Shown here: positions 46,325 to 57,048 of the stretch, piece after piece
Layout of the letters: each line of letters begins with the position of its first letter
Numbering within the stretch: the stretch's first letter is position 1
From: an uncultured Acidobacteriota bacterium
Lineage (GTDB): Bacteria; Acidobacteriota; UBA6911
Length of the DNA: 64,000 bases
Assembly: GCA_963827655.1 (NCBI GenBank)
Contig: CAWHCF010000006.1
Location: 267,022-331,021 of the forward strand
Direction of reading: 5' to 3'
The notes under the pieces: generated by a model
What the model was told of the DNA's origin: nothing
Database searches by the model: none
The model's input: only the letters and a program-made list of their open reading frames with translations
Program-made: the position numbers and the translations under genes

Positions 46325-47293
46325 ATGAAGCCTCACGAGCAAATACCACTTGACGACATCTACGCGGCGCAGAAACGCCTTGACGGAACGGTAATTCGCA
46401 CGCCCCTCGTGCGCCTGAACAGCGACCACGCACCCAACGAAATCTATCTCAAGCTGGAAAGCCTGCAGCCCGTTAACTCCTTCAAGCTGCGGGGCGCGAG
46501 CAACGCCATGCTCCTTGCAAGCAACGAGCAGCTCTCTCATGGCGTCTACACAGCCAGCGCCGGCAATGCCGCCCAGGGTGTGGCCTGGAATGCGCGCCGC
46601 CTGGGCATCGCCTGCACGATTGTGGTCCCCGAGCATGCGCCACAAACGAAGCTCGACGCCATAACACGGTTGGGCGCGGAGATTGTCAGCGTGCCTTACG
46701 ACCAGTGGTGGCAAGTCCGGGTGGATCATGGCTATGAGCCTCTCGAAGACTGGCTTTACGTCGACCCGGCCAGCGACCCGGCGGTCATGGCTGGCGACGG
46801 CACGATCGGACTGGAAATCCTGGAAGACTTGCCGGACGTGGACGCCATCGTCATCCCCTGGGGGAGCGGCGGGTTGAGCTGCGGCATCGCTTCCGCAGTC
46901 CGAGCCCTCAAGCCTGACACCAGGTTGTTCGCTTGCGAGGTGACTACTGCTGCGCCACTGGCCGCATCATTGGCAGCCGGGAAACCCCAGCCGGTAGACT
47001 ACATCCCTTCGTTCGTCGATGGAATTGGCGCAAAAGGCGTCTTGGCGGAAATGTGGCCCCTGGCGAGCAGCTTGCTGGACGGCTCGTTGGTGATGGAACT
47101 CTCTGAGGCTGCAGGCGCAATTCGTCTGATGGCGGAACGCAACCGGATCATTGCGGAGGGGGCTGGCGCAGTGCCCGTCGCAGCGGCTCTGGCTGGAAAG
47201 GCCGGAGGCGGAAAACTCGCGTGTGTGGTCTCAGGCGGCAACATCGATACCCGCTGCTTGATTCAAATCCTGAACGGGGACTTGCCGCTGTAA
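46325..47293 (+). CDS. PLP-dependent threonine/serine dehydratase family protein
   Basis: SFKLRGA, SAGN, GSGGL, SGGN. Confidence 0.93.
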   Translation: MKPHEQIPLDDIYAAQKRLDGTVIRTPLVRLNSDHAPNEIYLKLESLQPVNSFKLRGASNAMLLASNEQLSHGVYTASAGNAAQGVAWNARRLGIACTIVVPEHAPQTKLDAITRLGAEIVSVPYDQWWQVRVDHGYEPLEDWLYVDPASDPAVMAGDGTIGLEILEDLPDVDAIVIPWGSGGLSCGIASAVRALKPDTRLFACEVTTAAPLAASLAAGKPQPVDYIPSFVDGIGAKGVLAEMWPLASSLLDGSLVMELSEAAGAIRLMAERNRIIAEGAGAVPVAAALAGKAGGGKLACVVSGGNIDTRCLIQILNGDLPL

Positions 47294-47377
47294 AGCGAGT
47301 TCAACGCGGCACGTTCGCATTCCCACGAGTCGGTTTGAGCATCTGCTTTTGCCGCCGCCGGCGCTTTACTTCCATCA

Positions 47378-48697
47378 TCACGCCGTGGGCGCTGCCGCCT
47401 CGAGACCGTGTCCAAGCGGCCCGGTTTCGCGCGCGCGGAGAAGCGCCGAAAACGCAAGCCCCGCCAGGCTCACCAGGGCGAACATCCAGAGCATCGGCAG
47501 GTAACCAGCGGGATTGCTGGCACCCGCTCGGCTCGCGTCGTTCAACGCTCCCGCCGCAATATTCATGACCGAGAGTCCGACATTCTGAAGCAAGGTCATC
47601 ACTCCGTATCCTGTCCCCAGCCGCTTTTCGTCGACCAGGTGTGGAACCGAGGGCCAAAGCACTGCCGGCACGAGCGAGAATGCAATTCCCAGGAGCGCGG
47701 TCGGGATCCACACGTTCCACCGGGTATAACCCAGGATCATGAAAACCGGTACCAGAGCAAGGGATCCGAGAGCCATGAACAGGCTGCGTTTTCCCACCTT
47801 GTCGATCAGAAATCCGAACACGGGCGTAGCGAAGATGGCTGCCAGAAACACGTAGCCGTTCATCTCGCCGGCTTTCTCGAGCGACATTCCATGCGCGTCC
47901 TGGAAATACTTGATCGCGAAGGTACTGCGAAAGGGAAATATGACCGAGTAGAACGTGACGCACAGTCCCGCCACGTACCAATAGGAACGGTCGAAGCGCA
48001 AAAGGTCGGACCAGACGATTCTGTCGGCCGGCTGCGGGCGGCCCAGTTTGTAGCGCGGCTCTGCCACGCGCTCCAGGATCCAGTACAGGAAAGCCCCGAT
48101 CAAAGACAAGACGCCGAAGCCTACGCCCATGATCAGAGGCCCGCGCCAGCCCGAGTCGTAAAGTGCTTTCGCCCACGATGGCGACAGGTCCGCGGCATAG
48201 GACCCTGCGCGCGCGATGCTGACATTCAGAGCGAGGACGAAGGCAAGCTGCCGAAGCTTGAACCATTGCGCCAGCGCCGTCGTGATCGCCAGGATCATGG
48301 ATTCGGCGCCGACACCGAAGAGCAATCGCCCGAGGGCCATTGCGCCGAAGTATGGCGTCGCCGCCGTAACAACGGCCCCAACCAGACAAATTGCCGTAAA
48401 TCCCACTGTCGCCAGACGGGTGCCGAAGCGGTCGACTAGAATGCCGCCTATGAGGACCATGAATATGTTTGGGATGCTGTAGATAGCGTTGAGCGTTCCG
48501 ATCTGGGTGTCGCTGAATCCGAGGTCTCGCTTGAGCGCGCCCGCCAACGGGGCGATCGAATCGTATAGATAGTAGTTCCCGAACATCGCGATACTCACCG
48601 CGATCAGGACCGCCCAGCGGATCGCGGCGGGCGGCGCCAGCTCAGGTGACCGGGCCATCAGTGCAGAGCCTTCCTTCACCGCGCCTCCAGTTGGCAT
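47378..48697 (-). CDS. MFS transporter
   Basis: About 12 TM helices; GILVDRFGTR and GFLIDKVGKR motif A. Confidence 0.92.
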   Translation of the reverse strand: MPTGGAVKEGSALMARSPELAPPAAIRWAVLIAVSIAMFGNYYLYDSIAPLAGALKRDLGFSDTQIGTLNAIYSIPNIFMVLIGGILVDRFGTRLATVGFTAICLVGAVVTAATPYFGAMALGRLLFGVGAESMILAITTALAQWFKLRQLAFVLALNVSIARAGSYAADLSPSWAKALYDSGWRGPLIMGVGFGVLSLIGAFLYWILERVAEPRYKLGRPQPADRIVWSDLLRFDRSYWYVAGLCVTFYSVIFPFRSTFAIKYFQDAHGMSLEKAGEMNGYVFLAAIFATPVFGFLIDKVGKRSLFMALGSLALVPVFMILGYTRWNVWIPTALLGIAFSLVPAVLWPSVPHLVDEKRLGTGYGVMTLLQNVGLSVMNIAAGALNDASRAGASNPAGYLPMLWMFALVSLAGLAFSALLRARETGPLGHGLEAAAPTA

Positions 48698-48996
48698 GCC
48701 GCCAGAACGGGTTTTAACGGTGAGGCGGCCCTGTCCGGTTCGAAGGCGCGCGCGCTATCGACGGACGGTGTCAGGATTTCGCGCATCAGGTTCCACTCCT
48801 GTCAAGACATTGGAATCGTTATATCCGATCTCTGAATCCCGCAACCTATAGGACTGGGCGGGCGCTGATACAGCCACGCCTGCAGACTCAAAGAATTTTT
48901 CGGGAAAACGATAAGAGAATAATTGGTAGCCGCTCTTGTATGCAACGGCAATCGGCCATCCCGGTTGCGATGCGCGCGCGCCTAATCCCCCTTGGG

Positions 48997-49031
48997 CTTC
49001 GACAGGAACAACGTCTATACTCCTGTAGAAG
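48997..49031. promoter_or_regulatory. Putative PadR operator
   Basis: Inverted repeat CTTCGACAGGA ... TCCTGTAGAAG (10/11 match) just upstream of the PadR start. Confidence 0.55.
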
Positions 49032-49043
49032 CGGAAGGGAAAG

Positions 49044-49199
49044 ATGACAGACCAACGCATAGATCTTCCACAAGGTACCCTCGATCTCCTCATTCTCAAG
49101 ACTCTGGCTCATGGGCGGCAGCATGGCTGGGGGATTTCCGAGCGCATTCAGCAGATTTCCAACAGTGTCCTCCAGGTCCAGCAGGGGTCACTTGGGTAG
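49044..49199 (+). pseudogene. Truncated acidobacterial PadR regulator
   Basis: MTDQRIDLPQGTLDLLILKTL..HGWGISERIQQIS..LQVQQGSL, then a stop before YPAL. Confidence 0.85.
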
Positions 49200-49262
49200 A
49201 GCGATGACCGGCGCTGTTGCTGCCTGGTGGATCTTGATTTTGCAAACTGAGAGTTTCAGGTT

Positions 49263-50426
49263 ATGAATTCGCATAAGAATGGATTCCACGGGTTAGGAAT
49301 CGCTCCCAAGTTTCTGGACCTGCTTCACAAGAATCACTTCATCACTCCAACGCCGATCCAACGGCAGTCCATCCCGGTCGCTATCGAAGGTAAGGACATT
49401 ATTGGCATTGCCCAAACCGGCACCGGCAAAACACTGGCATTTGGAATCCCGATGTTGCAGCGGCTGATTCAGCACGGCGGCACCGGACTCATCGTGGAAC
49501 CCACCCGTGAACTCGCATTGCAGGTCGATGGGGCCCTGCAGAAAATTGGCCGTCCGCTTGGTTTGAAAACAGTCGTGCTCATTGGCGGCGAACCAATTGA
49601 GCGTCAGATCCGAGGTCTACAATTAGGCCCGATGGTGCTTATTGCGACACCGGGCCGGCTGATCGACCATTTGCAACGGAAAACGGTGCGTCTCAATTCC
49701 ACCCGGATACTGATTCTGGATGAAGCTGACCGGATGCTCGACATGGGCTTTGCCCCTCAGATTACAAGAATCTTGCAACACGTGCCGCAAGACCGGCAAA
49801 CCTTGTTGTTTTCGGCCACTATGCCGCCGGAAATTGTCACGCTGGCTGCCCGCTATATGCACTTGCCGGTTCGGGTTGAGGTGGCTCCAGCCGGCACGAC
49901 AGCAGCGGATGTTACTCACGAACTCTTTTTCGTTGAGAAGAAAGACAAGATCCATGTGCTTGAAAGTCTGCTGGCGGAATACCGCGGCAGTATCCTCGTC
50001 TTTACCAGGACCAAATTTGATGCAAAGCGAACCGCCCGTCTCATCCGGGCACTGGGCCACCGGGCTGCTGAGCTGCATTCCAATCGCTCGCTGTCGCAAC
50101 GCCGCGAGGCCCTGGATGGGTTCAGGCTGGGCAAATACCGGATCCTCGTGGCGACTGACATAGCCGCCCGAGGCATTGATGTCAGTGGAATTGAGCTCGT
50201 AGTTAATCATGATTTGCCGGCCACAGCCGGGGATTATGTTCACCGCATTGGCCGAACCGGGCGAGCCGGTCTGCCTGGACATGCGATATCTTTTGCCATG
50301 CCCCATCAGCGGGCAGACGTCAAAGGCATAGAGACGCTGATTCGTATGGCCTTACCGGTCTCGCGCTCGCCCATTCATAAACGCAATGCGCAGGTGCCCC
50401 AATCGTCGCGCCTCAGGAGGCGCTAA
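49263..50426 (+). CDS. DEAD-box RNA helicase (RhlE-like)
   Basis: Q motif, AQTGTGKT, PTRELA, DEAD, SAT, ARGID, HRIGRTGRAG. Confidence 0.95.
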   Translation: MNSHKNGFHGLGIAPKFLDLLHKNHFITPTPIQRQSIPVAIEGKDIIGIAQTGTGKTLAFGIPMLQRLIQHGGTGLIVEPTRELALQVDGALQKIGRPLGLKTVVLIGGEPIERQIRGLQLGPMVLIATPGRLIDHLQRKTVRLNSTRILILDEADRMLDMGFAPQITRILQHVPQDRQTLLFSATMPPEIVTLAARYMHLPVRVEVAPAGTTAADVTHELFFVEKKDKIHVLESLLAEYRGSILVFTRTKFDAKRTARLIRALGHRAAELHSNRSLSQRREALDGFRLGKYRILVATDIAARGIDVSGIELVVNHDLPATAGDYVHRIGRTGRAGLPGHAISFAMPHQRADVKGIETLIRMALPVSRSPIHKRNAQVPQSSRLRRR

Positions 50427-50444
50427 GCTATTGACAGCAAATAT

Positions 50445-50482
50445 GCCGGGGTGGCGAAACTGGCAGACGCACAGGACTTAAA
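50445..50482 (+). tRNA. tRNA-Leu(TAA) 5' half only, ending in the anticodon loop
   Basis: GCCGGGGTGGCGAAACTGGCAGACGCACAGGACTTAAA followed by non-tRNA sequence. Confidence 0.9.
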
Positions 50483-50557
50483 CGTCGAAGGCGGCAACTC
50501 CGCCAAGCCGTTGCAATTATTAACCCGCCTAACGTTTGTTCTTCGAATTCAACGATT

Positions 50558-50943
50558 CCGAAATATCTGAGTTCGGATCATGATCCTCTGTATCGGTTCC
50601 ATCAGTGGCAAGCGAACCTTCGCGTCCTCGGCATTACGGAGATCAAAACAGTGCCCTATGTGCCAATATCGCATCCGTTCGTCGAGCGACTGATTGGAAC
50701 TATTCGTCGCGAGTACCTGGACCGTACCGTGTTTTGGACAGCTGGCGACCTGGAATCGAAGCTATTGGAGTTCAAGGACTATTACAATCGACATCGCACT
50801 CACGCCAGTCTCGCCGGCAAAACACCGGAAGAAGCTCCTGGCGTCAATGTGTGCGTGACGCTGAAGTCATATAGATGGAGAGAACATTGTCGCGGATTAT
50901 TTCAGACGCCCACGGCGGCATAATTACGAACTCGCCATGCACA
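50558..50943 (+). mobile_element. IS remnant: rve/DDE integrase core C-terminus with terminal end (IS481/IS3-like)
   Basis: PKYLSSDHDPLY..HPFVERLIGTIRREYLD..YYNRHRTHASL; end reads ...GCCATGCACA (5'-TGT on the minus strand). Confidence 0.75.
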
Positions 50944-51019
50944 CGCCCGCGAAGGCAGGCCGAGGCACTCGAGGATCGCCGGATCGCATCCGGTGGATGG
51001 ATGGCGGCGAGAATCCGCA
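50944..51019 (-). repeat. IS91-like transposase C-terminal remnant, copy 1
   Basis: About 76 bp nearly identical to 54229-54305. Confidence 0.75.
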
Positions 51020-51124
51020 GGCGCTGACGCGAAGGCGCCCGTTCCGAGCAGATCGTTCCGAGTCGTCAGGTCCCCTTCATCTCGCCTGCGGCGAATCGAA
51101 GGCTCACTCACGGCGGGCCGCCCA

Positions 51125-51496
51125 CTACGGCACCGCGTCCCAGAGCTTGCTGACAATCCACCATCGCTCGCTGACCTTGAGCAGGTGGAAATGATCGATC
51201 ACGGTGCCGTGGTGATCGGTTTCCCGCACAGTCGCGGCGGCGACCCTGTTCGTCACCTCGATCTCGAGCACCTCACAATCGAACGGTTCTCCAGTTGCGG
51301 CAGGCGCGGGGTTGGCGCTGACCCAGTCATACAGAGCGGCAATCGGCGCGGCAATCAACTCGTCGCCGAGATAGCCGCATAGGATCGCCTGCTCGTGAAA
51401 GCCTCGCTTCAGCGTCTCGATGTCGCCAGTTCGCATGCCGTCGACGTAGTGTGCGATCGCCTCACGAATCCCTCGCTCTTCAGACGACTTGTCCAT
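51125..51496 (-). CDS. NTF2/SnoaL-like (lumazine-binding-like) protein
   Basis: AIAHYVDG..GD..L..GFH..A ... DHFHLLKV..RWWIVSK. Confidence 0.85.
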   Translation of the reverse strand: MDKSSEERGIREAIAHYVDGMRTGDIETLKRGFHEQAILCGYLGDELIAAPIAALYDWVSANPAPAATGEPFDCEVLEIEVTNRVAAATVRETDHHGTVIDHFHLLKVSERWWIVSKLWDAVP

Positions 51497-51536
51497 ATTG
51501 CTCCTGGGTGTCTCTCGGTGGAATGGCCGTGACCAG

Positions 51537-53884
51537 TCACGGCAGGTTCATCTTCTGCAGCAACGCCGTGACCCGCGGGTCGTCGGCGAGGCGGCGCAGG
51601 GGATCGCCATCCGCGGCGCCGGCAATTTCTCCCCGGAGGAACACCATCTCGCCATTTCGCTCCGCGAACGCCGTTTCGAGCCATTCAATCGCCTTCGCGG
51701 TGTCCCCGACGCGGCTGTAGACGCGCGCCAGACAGATGGCCGGCACGTACTGTTGCCGCCGCACCTCGAGCAACCGATGCAGGATCTCGGCCGCGTCGTC
51801 GTCTCTTCCCGCGAGACTGCAGGCCGAGGCCAGGTCCGCGACGACGATGTGGTGGCCGCCGAGCGACACGGCGGTCTTCAGCTGCTCGACGGCTCTGTCG
51901 AATTCGCCGCTGCTCAGATGGATGGCGCCCTGCAACCAGTAAGCGCCGTAGAAGTCAGGGTCACTCTCGATCATCTTCGCGGCTTGCGCTGACGCCTCGG
52001 CCAACATCCCCGCCGCAAAGTAGGTCCATCCGCCATTCATGTTGATGAGCGGCGCGAGCGGATCCAGTGTGAGCGCTTTCCTGTTCAGCCTGATGGCCTC
52101 GTCGAAGCGTCCGACAAAGGCGAGGAACATCGCGTAGTAGGACAGCGCCTCGGCGTTGTTCGGATTGAGGGTGATGGACTGCTTGAACTCCTGCTCTGCT
52201 CGCTGCCAGTCCCACTCGTAGAAGAACGTGATCATGGCCAGCGACAGATACGCGTCCGCCAGACCTCCGTCAATCGCCAACGCCTGGCTGCTGGCGGCCT
52301 TGCTCTGCGGAACCGTCTGTTCAGCGGGGAGAATGCCGAAGAACCACTGACATCCGCGCGACGCCGCAATCGCGGCGTAGGCCAACGCGTAGTCGGGCTG
52401 TTTCTCGATCGCCTTCTCGAAGAACTCGATCGCCCGCTTCCAGCCCTGAGCCGTGTATTTGTACGAGTGGTACCGGCCTTTCAAGAACAGCTCGTAGGCC
52501 TCGGCGTCCTCCGTGTAACGCCTCAGCACCGCCGCCTTCTCATCGCCGAACAGCGTCACTTTCAGCGCCTCGACGACGGCGAGGGTGATGTCGTCCTGGA
52601 GCGCGAAGATGTCGCGCATCTCGCGGTCATAGCGTTCGGACCACAGTTGGTAGCCGTCCGCGGCGTTGATCAACTGCACCGAGATGCGCACACGATTGCC
52701 CGATCGTCGGACGCTGCCCTCGACGACGTTGTTGACGCCCAGCGTCGTGGCGATCGCGCTGACGGTCGCGCTCTTGCCTTTGAACGAAAACGCCGACGTT
52801 CGTGCGGCGACCTTCAACGCGTCAATCTTGGAGAGCGCGTTCAACAGCTCTTCCGCCAGGCCGTCACAGAAATACTCGTCGTCTTCGTTCGCACTCATGT
52901 TGACGAACGGCAGCACGGCAACGGATTGCACTTTGTTGCGGTCCGACTGCGAGCCGGCGATGGCGGTGATGCCGACTTGCCGAAGCTGGGTGGCGCCTTC
53001 GCCGTCGGCGCGCGCGGGTGCGTGTCCACGAACGCCATGCGCGTCCAGCTCGTGCTTCACTTCGGTCAGGTCGCGCTGCAGATCCGTCGCCGTCTGATAG
53101 CGGCGGGCCTTGTCCTTCTGCAACGCCTTGCTGACGATTCCGGCGAGTCTCGGCGGAACATCCGTCAACGGTGGCGGCTCTCGTGTCAGCACGGCGGCAA
53201 TGACGTCGCTGACCGTGTCGGCCGCAAACGGCGACACACCCGACAGCATTGCGTACAGGACCGCACCGAAGCTGAAGATGTCCGTCTGGTGATCGACCTC
53301 TGTGCCACGAGCCTGCTCAGGTGACATGAACAGCGGCGTGCCGAGCAGCAATCCAAGCTGCGTCTGAACCTGCGTGCCTGTAGTGGCATCATCGCCAGCG
53401 CCGGCCTCGACAACCTGGCAATACCGAAGTCGAGCAGCTTGACCAGGCCGGTTGGCCGAATCATCACGTTGTCCGGCTTGAGATCGCGGTGAATGATGCC
53501 CGCGTGATGTGCCTCGACCAACGCCGATGCAATCTGGATCGCAATCTCCAGCGACGACGCGATGTTCAAGGACGCGTTTCGGACACGCTCGCTCAGCGTC
53601 GTGCCGTCGATGAACTCGTAGGCGATGAATGGGGTGCCTGCCGCTTCGCCAATGTCGTAGACGGTGATGATGTTCGGGTGATTCAGCGCCGATGCGGATT
53701 TCGCCTCGCGAATGAAGCGATGCAACCGGTCGCTGTCGACGGCGAACTCGGCTGGGAGAATCTTGAGCGCGACGCGGCGGTCGAGGCGTGTGTCCTGGGC
53801 GAGATACACCTCGCCCATCCCGCCCTTGCCGAGGGCGGCCACGATCTCGTAGTGCCCCAGCTGGGCGCCTTTGTCCACCTTCAT
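51537..53884 (-). CDS. Ser/Thr kinase with TolB-N-like and TPR domains (frameshift near 53415)
   Basis: GKGGMGEVY, HRDLKPDN, DFG; SVAVLPFVNMS..EYFCDGLAEEL; TPRs. Confidence 0.92.
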
Positions 53885-54028
53885 GTCGAGTGATCCGCCA
53901 GACGATTGTATCGACATGCCGGGCGTGTCGGCCGGGTGCCAGGCGGTTATCCGACGCTCTAGCGCCTGAGGCGGATAGGCCGAACAAGAGCCGTTTTCCT
54001 CGCGCCCCCCGGCTGCGGGGTCGGCCCA

Positions 54029-54058
54029 GCTTCCGATAAGGCAGACATTATGTCAACT
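54029..54058. other. XerC/XerD dif-like site
   Basis: GCTTCCGATAA-ggcagaca-TTATGTCAACT; both arms resemble dif arms, with an 8-bp centre. Confidence 0.6.
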
Positions 54059-54171
54059 CGAGCGCCCGGTCCGACCGTTCTGCGGCATCCGATTGGCCGA
54101 TCATAGACCAAAACTTTTAGGCTGGGATGAAATTTTGCAGGCTTTCGCCACGGCGGCGATCGGGCGGTCAC

Positions 54172-54335
54172 TCAGACCGGTTCATCAGGGTGAGAGGACG
54201 AGCGTCCCGCTGCTGAGGCGATCGGTGGCGCCCGCGAAGGCAGGCCGAGGCGCTCGAGGATCGCCCGGATCGCATCCGGTGGATGGATGGCGGCGAGAAT
54301 CCGCATGCGCCCAAGACAGCGCGGGCACTCGACGC
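54172..54335 (-). mobile_element. IS91-like (Y2/HUH) transposase C-terminal remnant, copy 2
   Basis: ECPRCLGRMRILAAIHPPDAIRAILERLGLPSRAPPIA. Confidence 0.7.
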
Positions 54336-54339
54336 GTGG

Positions 54340-54515
54340 CTGATCGCGCCGCCAGCCCGGAGCGGTCCGTGCTGCTCGATCGTATCTCGTACCGCGGCCG
54401 CGGCCAGATGCCGCCTCTGGCGACTTCGGTCGTCGACCGCGACGGCGTGGAACTGATACGGGATTGGATCCGCCGGATCGATGGCAGCCAGAGCCGCGAG
54501 AGCGGATCGAGGTAG
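54340..54515 (+). pseudogene. C-terminal fragment of a cytochrome c-type domain protein
   Basis: SPERSVLLDRISYRGRGQMPPLATSVVDRDGVELIRDWI*. Confidence 0.6.
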
Positions 54516-54812
54516 GCGCGGAGAATATTCTTTGAGAACTCGCTGCAAGATGGTTCTCGCTGGAGGCGATCCGTGGTTGCACCTCCGGTGTAACTTCCGA
54601 TTAGCCGTCCCGCAAACGGGTTTTGTCAGTGACTTGTGCAGCTTCGAGAACTTTCTCGATGCCCGTTCTCTGAGCGGTAAGGCTCCGGACATCTCTTCAA
54701 TCTTAGTTGTGCAGCAGAAAGAGATGACAGGATACCTGCGGGTTTGGAGCTGAGCTCAAGGTTGCTTTTCACGAACCTTGCATTCCCTGCGCCGAGCGAA
54801 CTGAATGCATGA

Positions 54813-57048
54813 TCAGGGCGCGTGCCCAATGCGCCGCAGCAGGTCTCGAAAGCGCGCATCTTGGCGAAGGCTATCGAACTTTGGATCTACTTTCACCCAG
54901 AGCCCCAGCCACCCGCTGCGGTCTTTGTAAGCTTTTTCGAGCCAGGTCAGAGACTGCTCCTTCTCCCCAAGTCCAGCATAGATGGTTGCTACGTCATAGG
55001 GCGAGACATACTTTCGCTTGGCAGTCTCCTCCAACTGTGCGATCACGGCTTGCGCCTCGGCGCTCTGGTTCGACACGGCACAAACATGTCCGAGCGAGGC
55101 CAAAACTTGCGGGCTGTCATTGAGTCGGCTCGCCTGGTTCAATTCGGTAATGGCTTCAGTAAACTTGCCCTGTTGTTCATAGGCCCAGCCGAGCATCAGG
55201 TGCGACCAATACAACTTTGGTTCCACCCCGATTGCCCGCCGGTATTGCTCAATGGCCTGCTCGTACTGGCGGGCGAAATAAAGAGAATCTCCCAGTCCCC
55301 ACAGGCCGAAGTCGTTCTGCGGGTCGGATTCCAGCGCCCGTTTCATTTCTGCCTGCGCTTCAGCAAACCGTCCCATCGCGATCAAGTACCAGCCGTAGAG
55401 TTGATGCGCTGTGTTGTATTCCGGGGCGAGCGCAATGGCGCGCTTGAATTCCTGTTCGGCCCCGACCCAATCCCACTCATATTGCAGCTTAATGATACCC
55501 AGGGAAATGTGCGCTGAGGCAGATGCCTCATCAAGCTGCAAAGCCTTCAAAGTGGCCGCCGCTGCTTTGGGCATCGCGTCGCGGGGGGAGATATGCAAGT
55601 CCGAAAGGAAACTCCACCCGGTAGCCAGTCCTTCGTAAGCCGAGGCAGACTTCGGATTCAGGGCGACGGCTCGATTGTAGTATTCGATTCCTTGCCTGAT
55701 CTCATTCTCAGTCCACCTGCCCACATAGAAGTTGCCCTTGAACTCAAGCTGCTGAATTTTGAGGTTCTGCTCCAGCCTGAAGTACAGCCAGCTTCCGACG
55801 CCGACGAGGACAAGCACCAAAAAAGCGGAGGCGCCTAAGACAACCTCACGGCGTTTGTTCATTTTGCCGCCTGCAGGCGGGACCGCGAACTTTTCCCCGC
55901 GTTCTTCCTGTGTTCTGCCGGAGCGTTTCTTTTCCTCTGAAGCGAAGTCCAGGTCTCGCTGCAACCCCTTCAGGGCAGCCAGTAGGTCGCGCGCGGTTTG
56001 ATAACGCTCTCCACGATCCTTGCGTAGCGCGCGGCTGACGATATGCTGCAATTCTGGTGGCGTCTCCGGCGCGTGCTCACCGAGTGGCGGCGGTTCATCT
56101 TTCAGAATCGCGGCAATTAGTTCGCTCGCCGTCGCGTCCGCGAATGGCGCGCGTCCTGCAATCATCTCGTAGAGCATCACGCCGAGGCTGAAGATGTCGG
56201 TGCGCGCATCCACCTTCTCGCCCCGCACCTGCTCAGGTGACATATAGCGCGGCGTGCCCATCACGACGCCCGTCTCGGTGGTGACCGCGGCTACCGTCGG
56301 AGCCGGCCTGCCTATCGGCGGCGAGAACGGCTCGGTCAGCTTGGCCAGGCCGAAGTCCAGCACCTTAACGATGCCGTCGTGCCGCACCATGACGTTTTCC
56401 GGCTTGATATCTCGATGCGTGATCCCGGCTTCGTGTGCGGCTGAGAGCGCGGCGGCAATCTGACCCGCGATATCAATCACTTGTGACAGATTCATCCGTT
56501 TCTGCGGCGCGCTCACTATTCGCTGGCGCAGCGTCTCGCCCTCGACGTATTCGGTGATGATGTAGTGCGTGCGGCTCGACTTCGCCGATCTCGTGAATCG
56601 TGATGATGTTAGGATGATTGAGCGCGGAGGCTGCGCGCGCCTCCTGAGCGAAGCGGCGCACGCGATCCGCGTCGGTAGTGAACCTGGCGGGCAGCAGCTT
56701 GACGGCGACTTTGCGTCCCAGCCTGGTGTCGAGCGCAAGATGGACTTCGCCCATTCCGCCATGCCCCAGCGCCGACAGGAGTTGATAAGCACCGATCCGG
56801 GCTGGCGTCGCTATCGGCGGAGTCTGTGCGCCAGACAGCGACACCAATTCTGTGGCCGCGACTTCGAAGACGGGTGCCTCGATGAAACTGCCGACCTGGT
56901 CATCGTAGGCGAGCAATGACGCGACTTCGCGGCGCAGTTCTTCATCGCCCATGCAGGCTTCATCGAGGAACGCCGCGCGCGACTCCGGCTCGCGTTCCAC
57001 CGCGGCTTGGTAAAGCCGTTCGATTTGTGCCCAACGTTCAGGTGTCAC
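54813..57048 (-). CDS. Ser/Thr kinase with TM helix and TPR repeats (frameshift near 56575)
   Basis: GTG start TPERW overlapping the sigma stop; [20 protein letters not shown]; TPRs. Confidence 0.92.

Noticed and set aside
9464-50444. attR copy of tRNA-Cys delimiting a second island
   Set aside because: No duplicate of the tRNA-Cys 3' end was found by eye
50483-50560. Group I intron in the tRNA-Leu(UAA) anticodon, as in cyanobacteria
   Set aside because: No recognisable intron core and no 3' exon downstream on the same strand; an IS coding remnant starts within about 75 bp
1148-57048. Many frameshifts read as programmed frameshifting or mass pseudogenisation
   Set aside because: Single-base shifts are scattered across unrelated genes with otherwise intact motifs, which long-read indel error explains best
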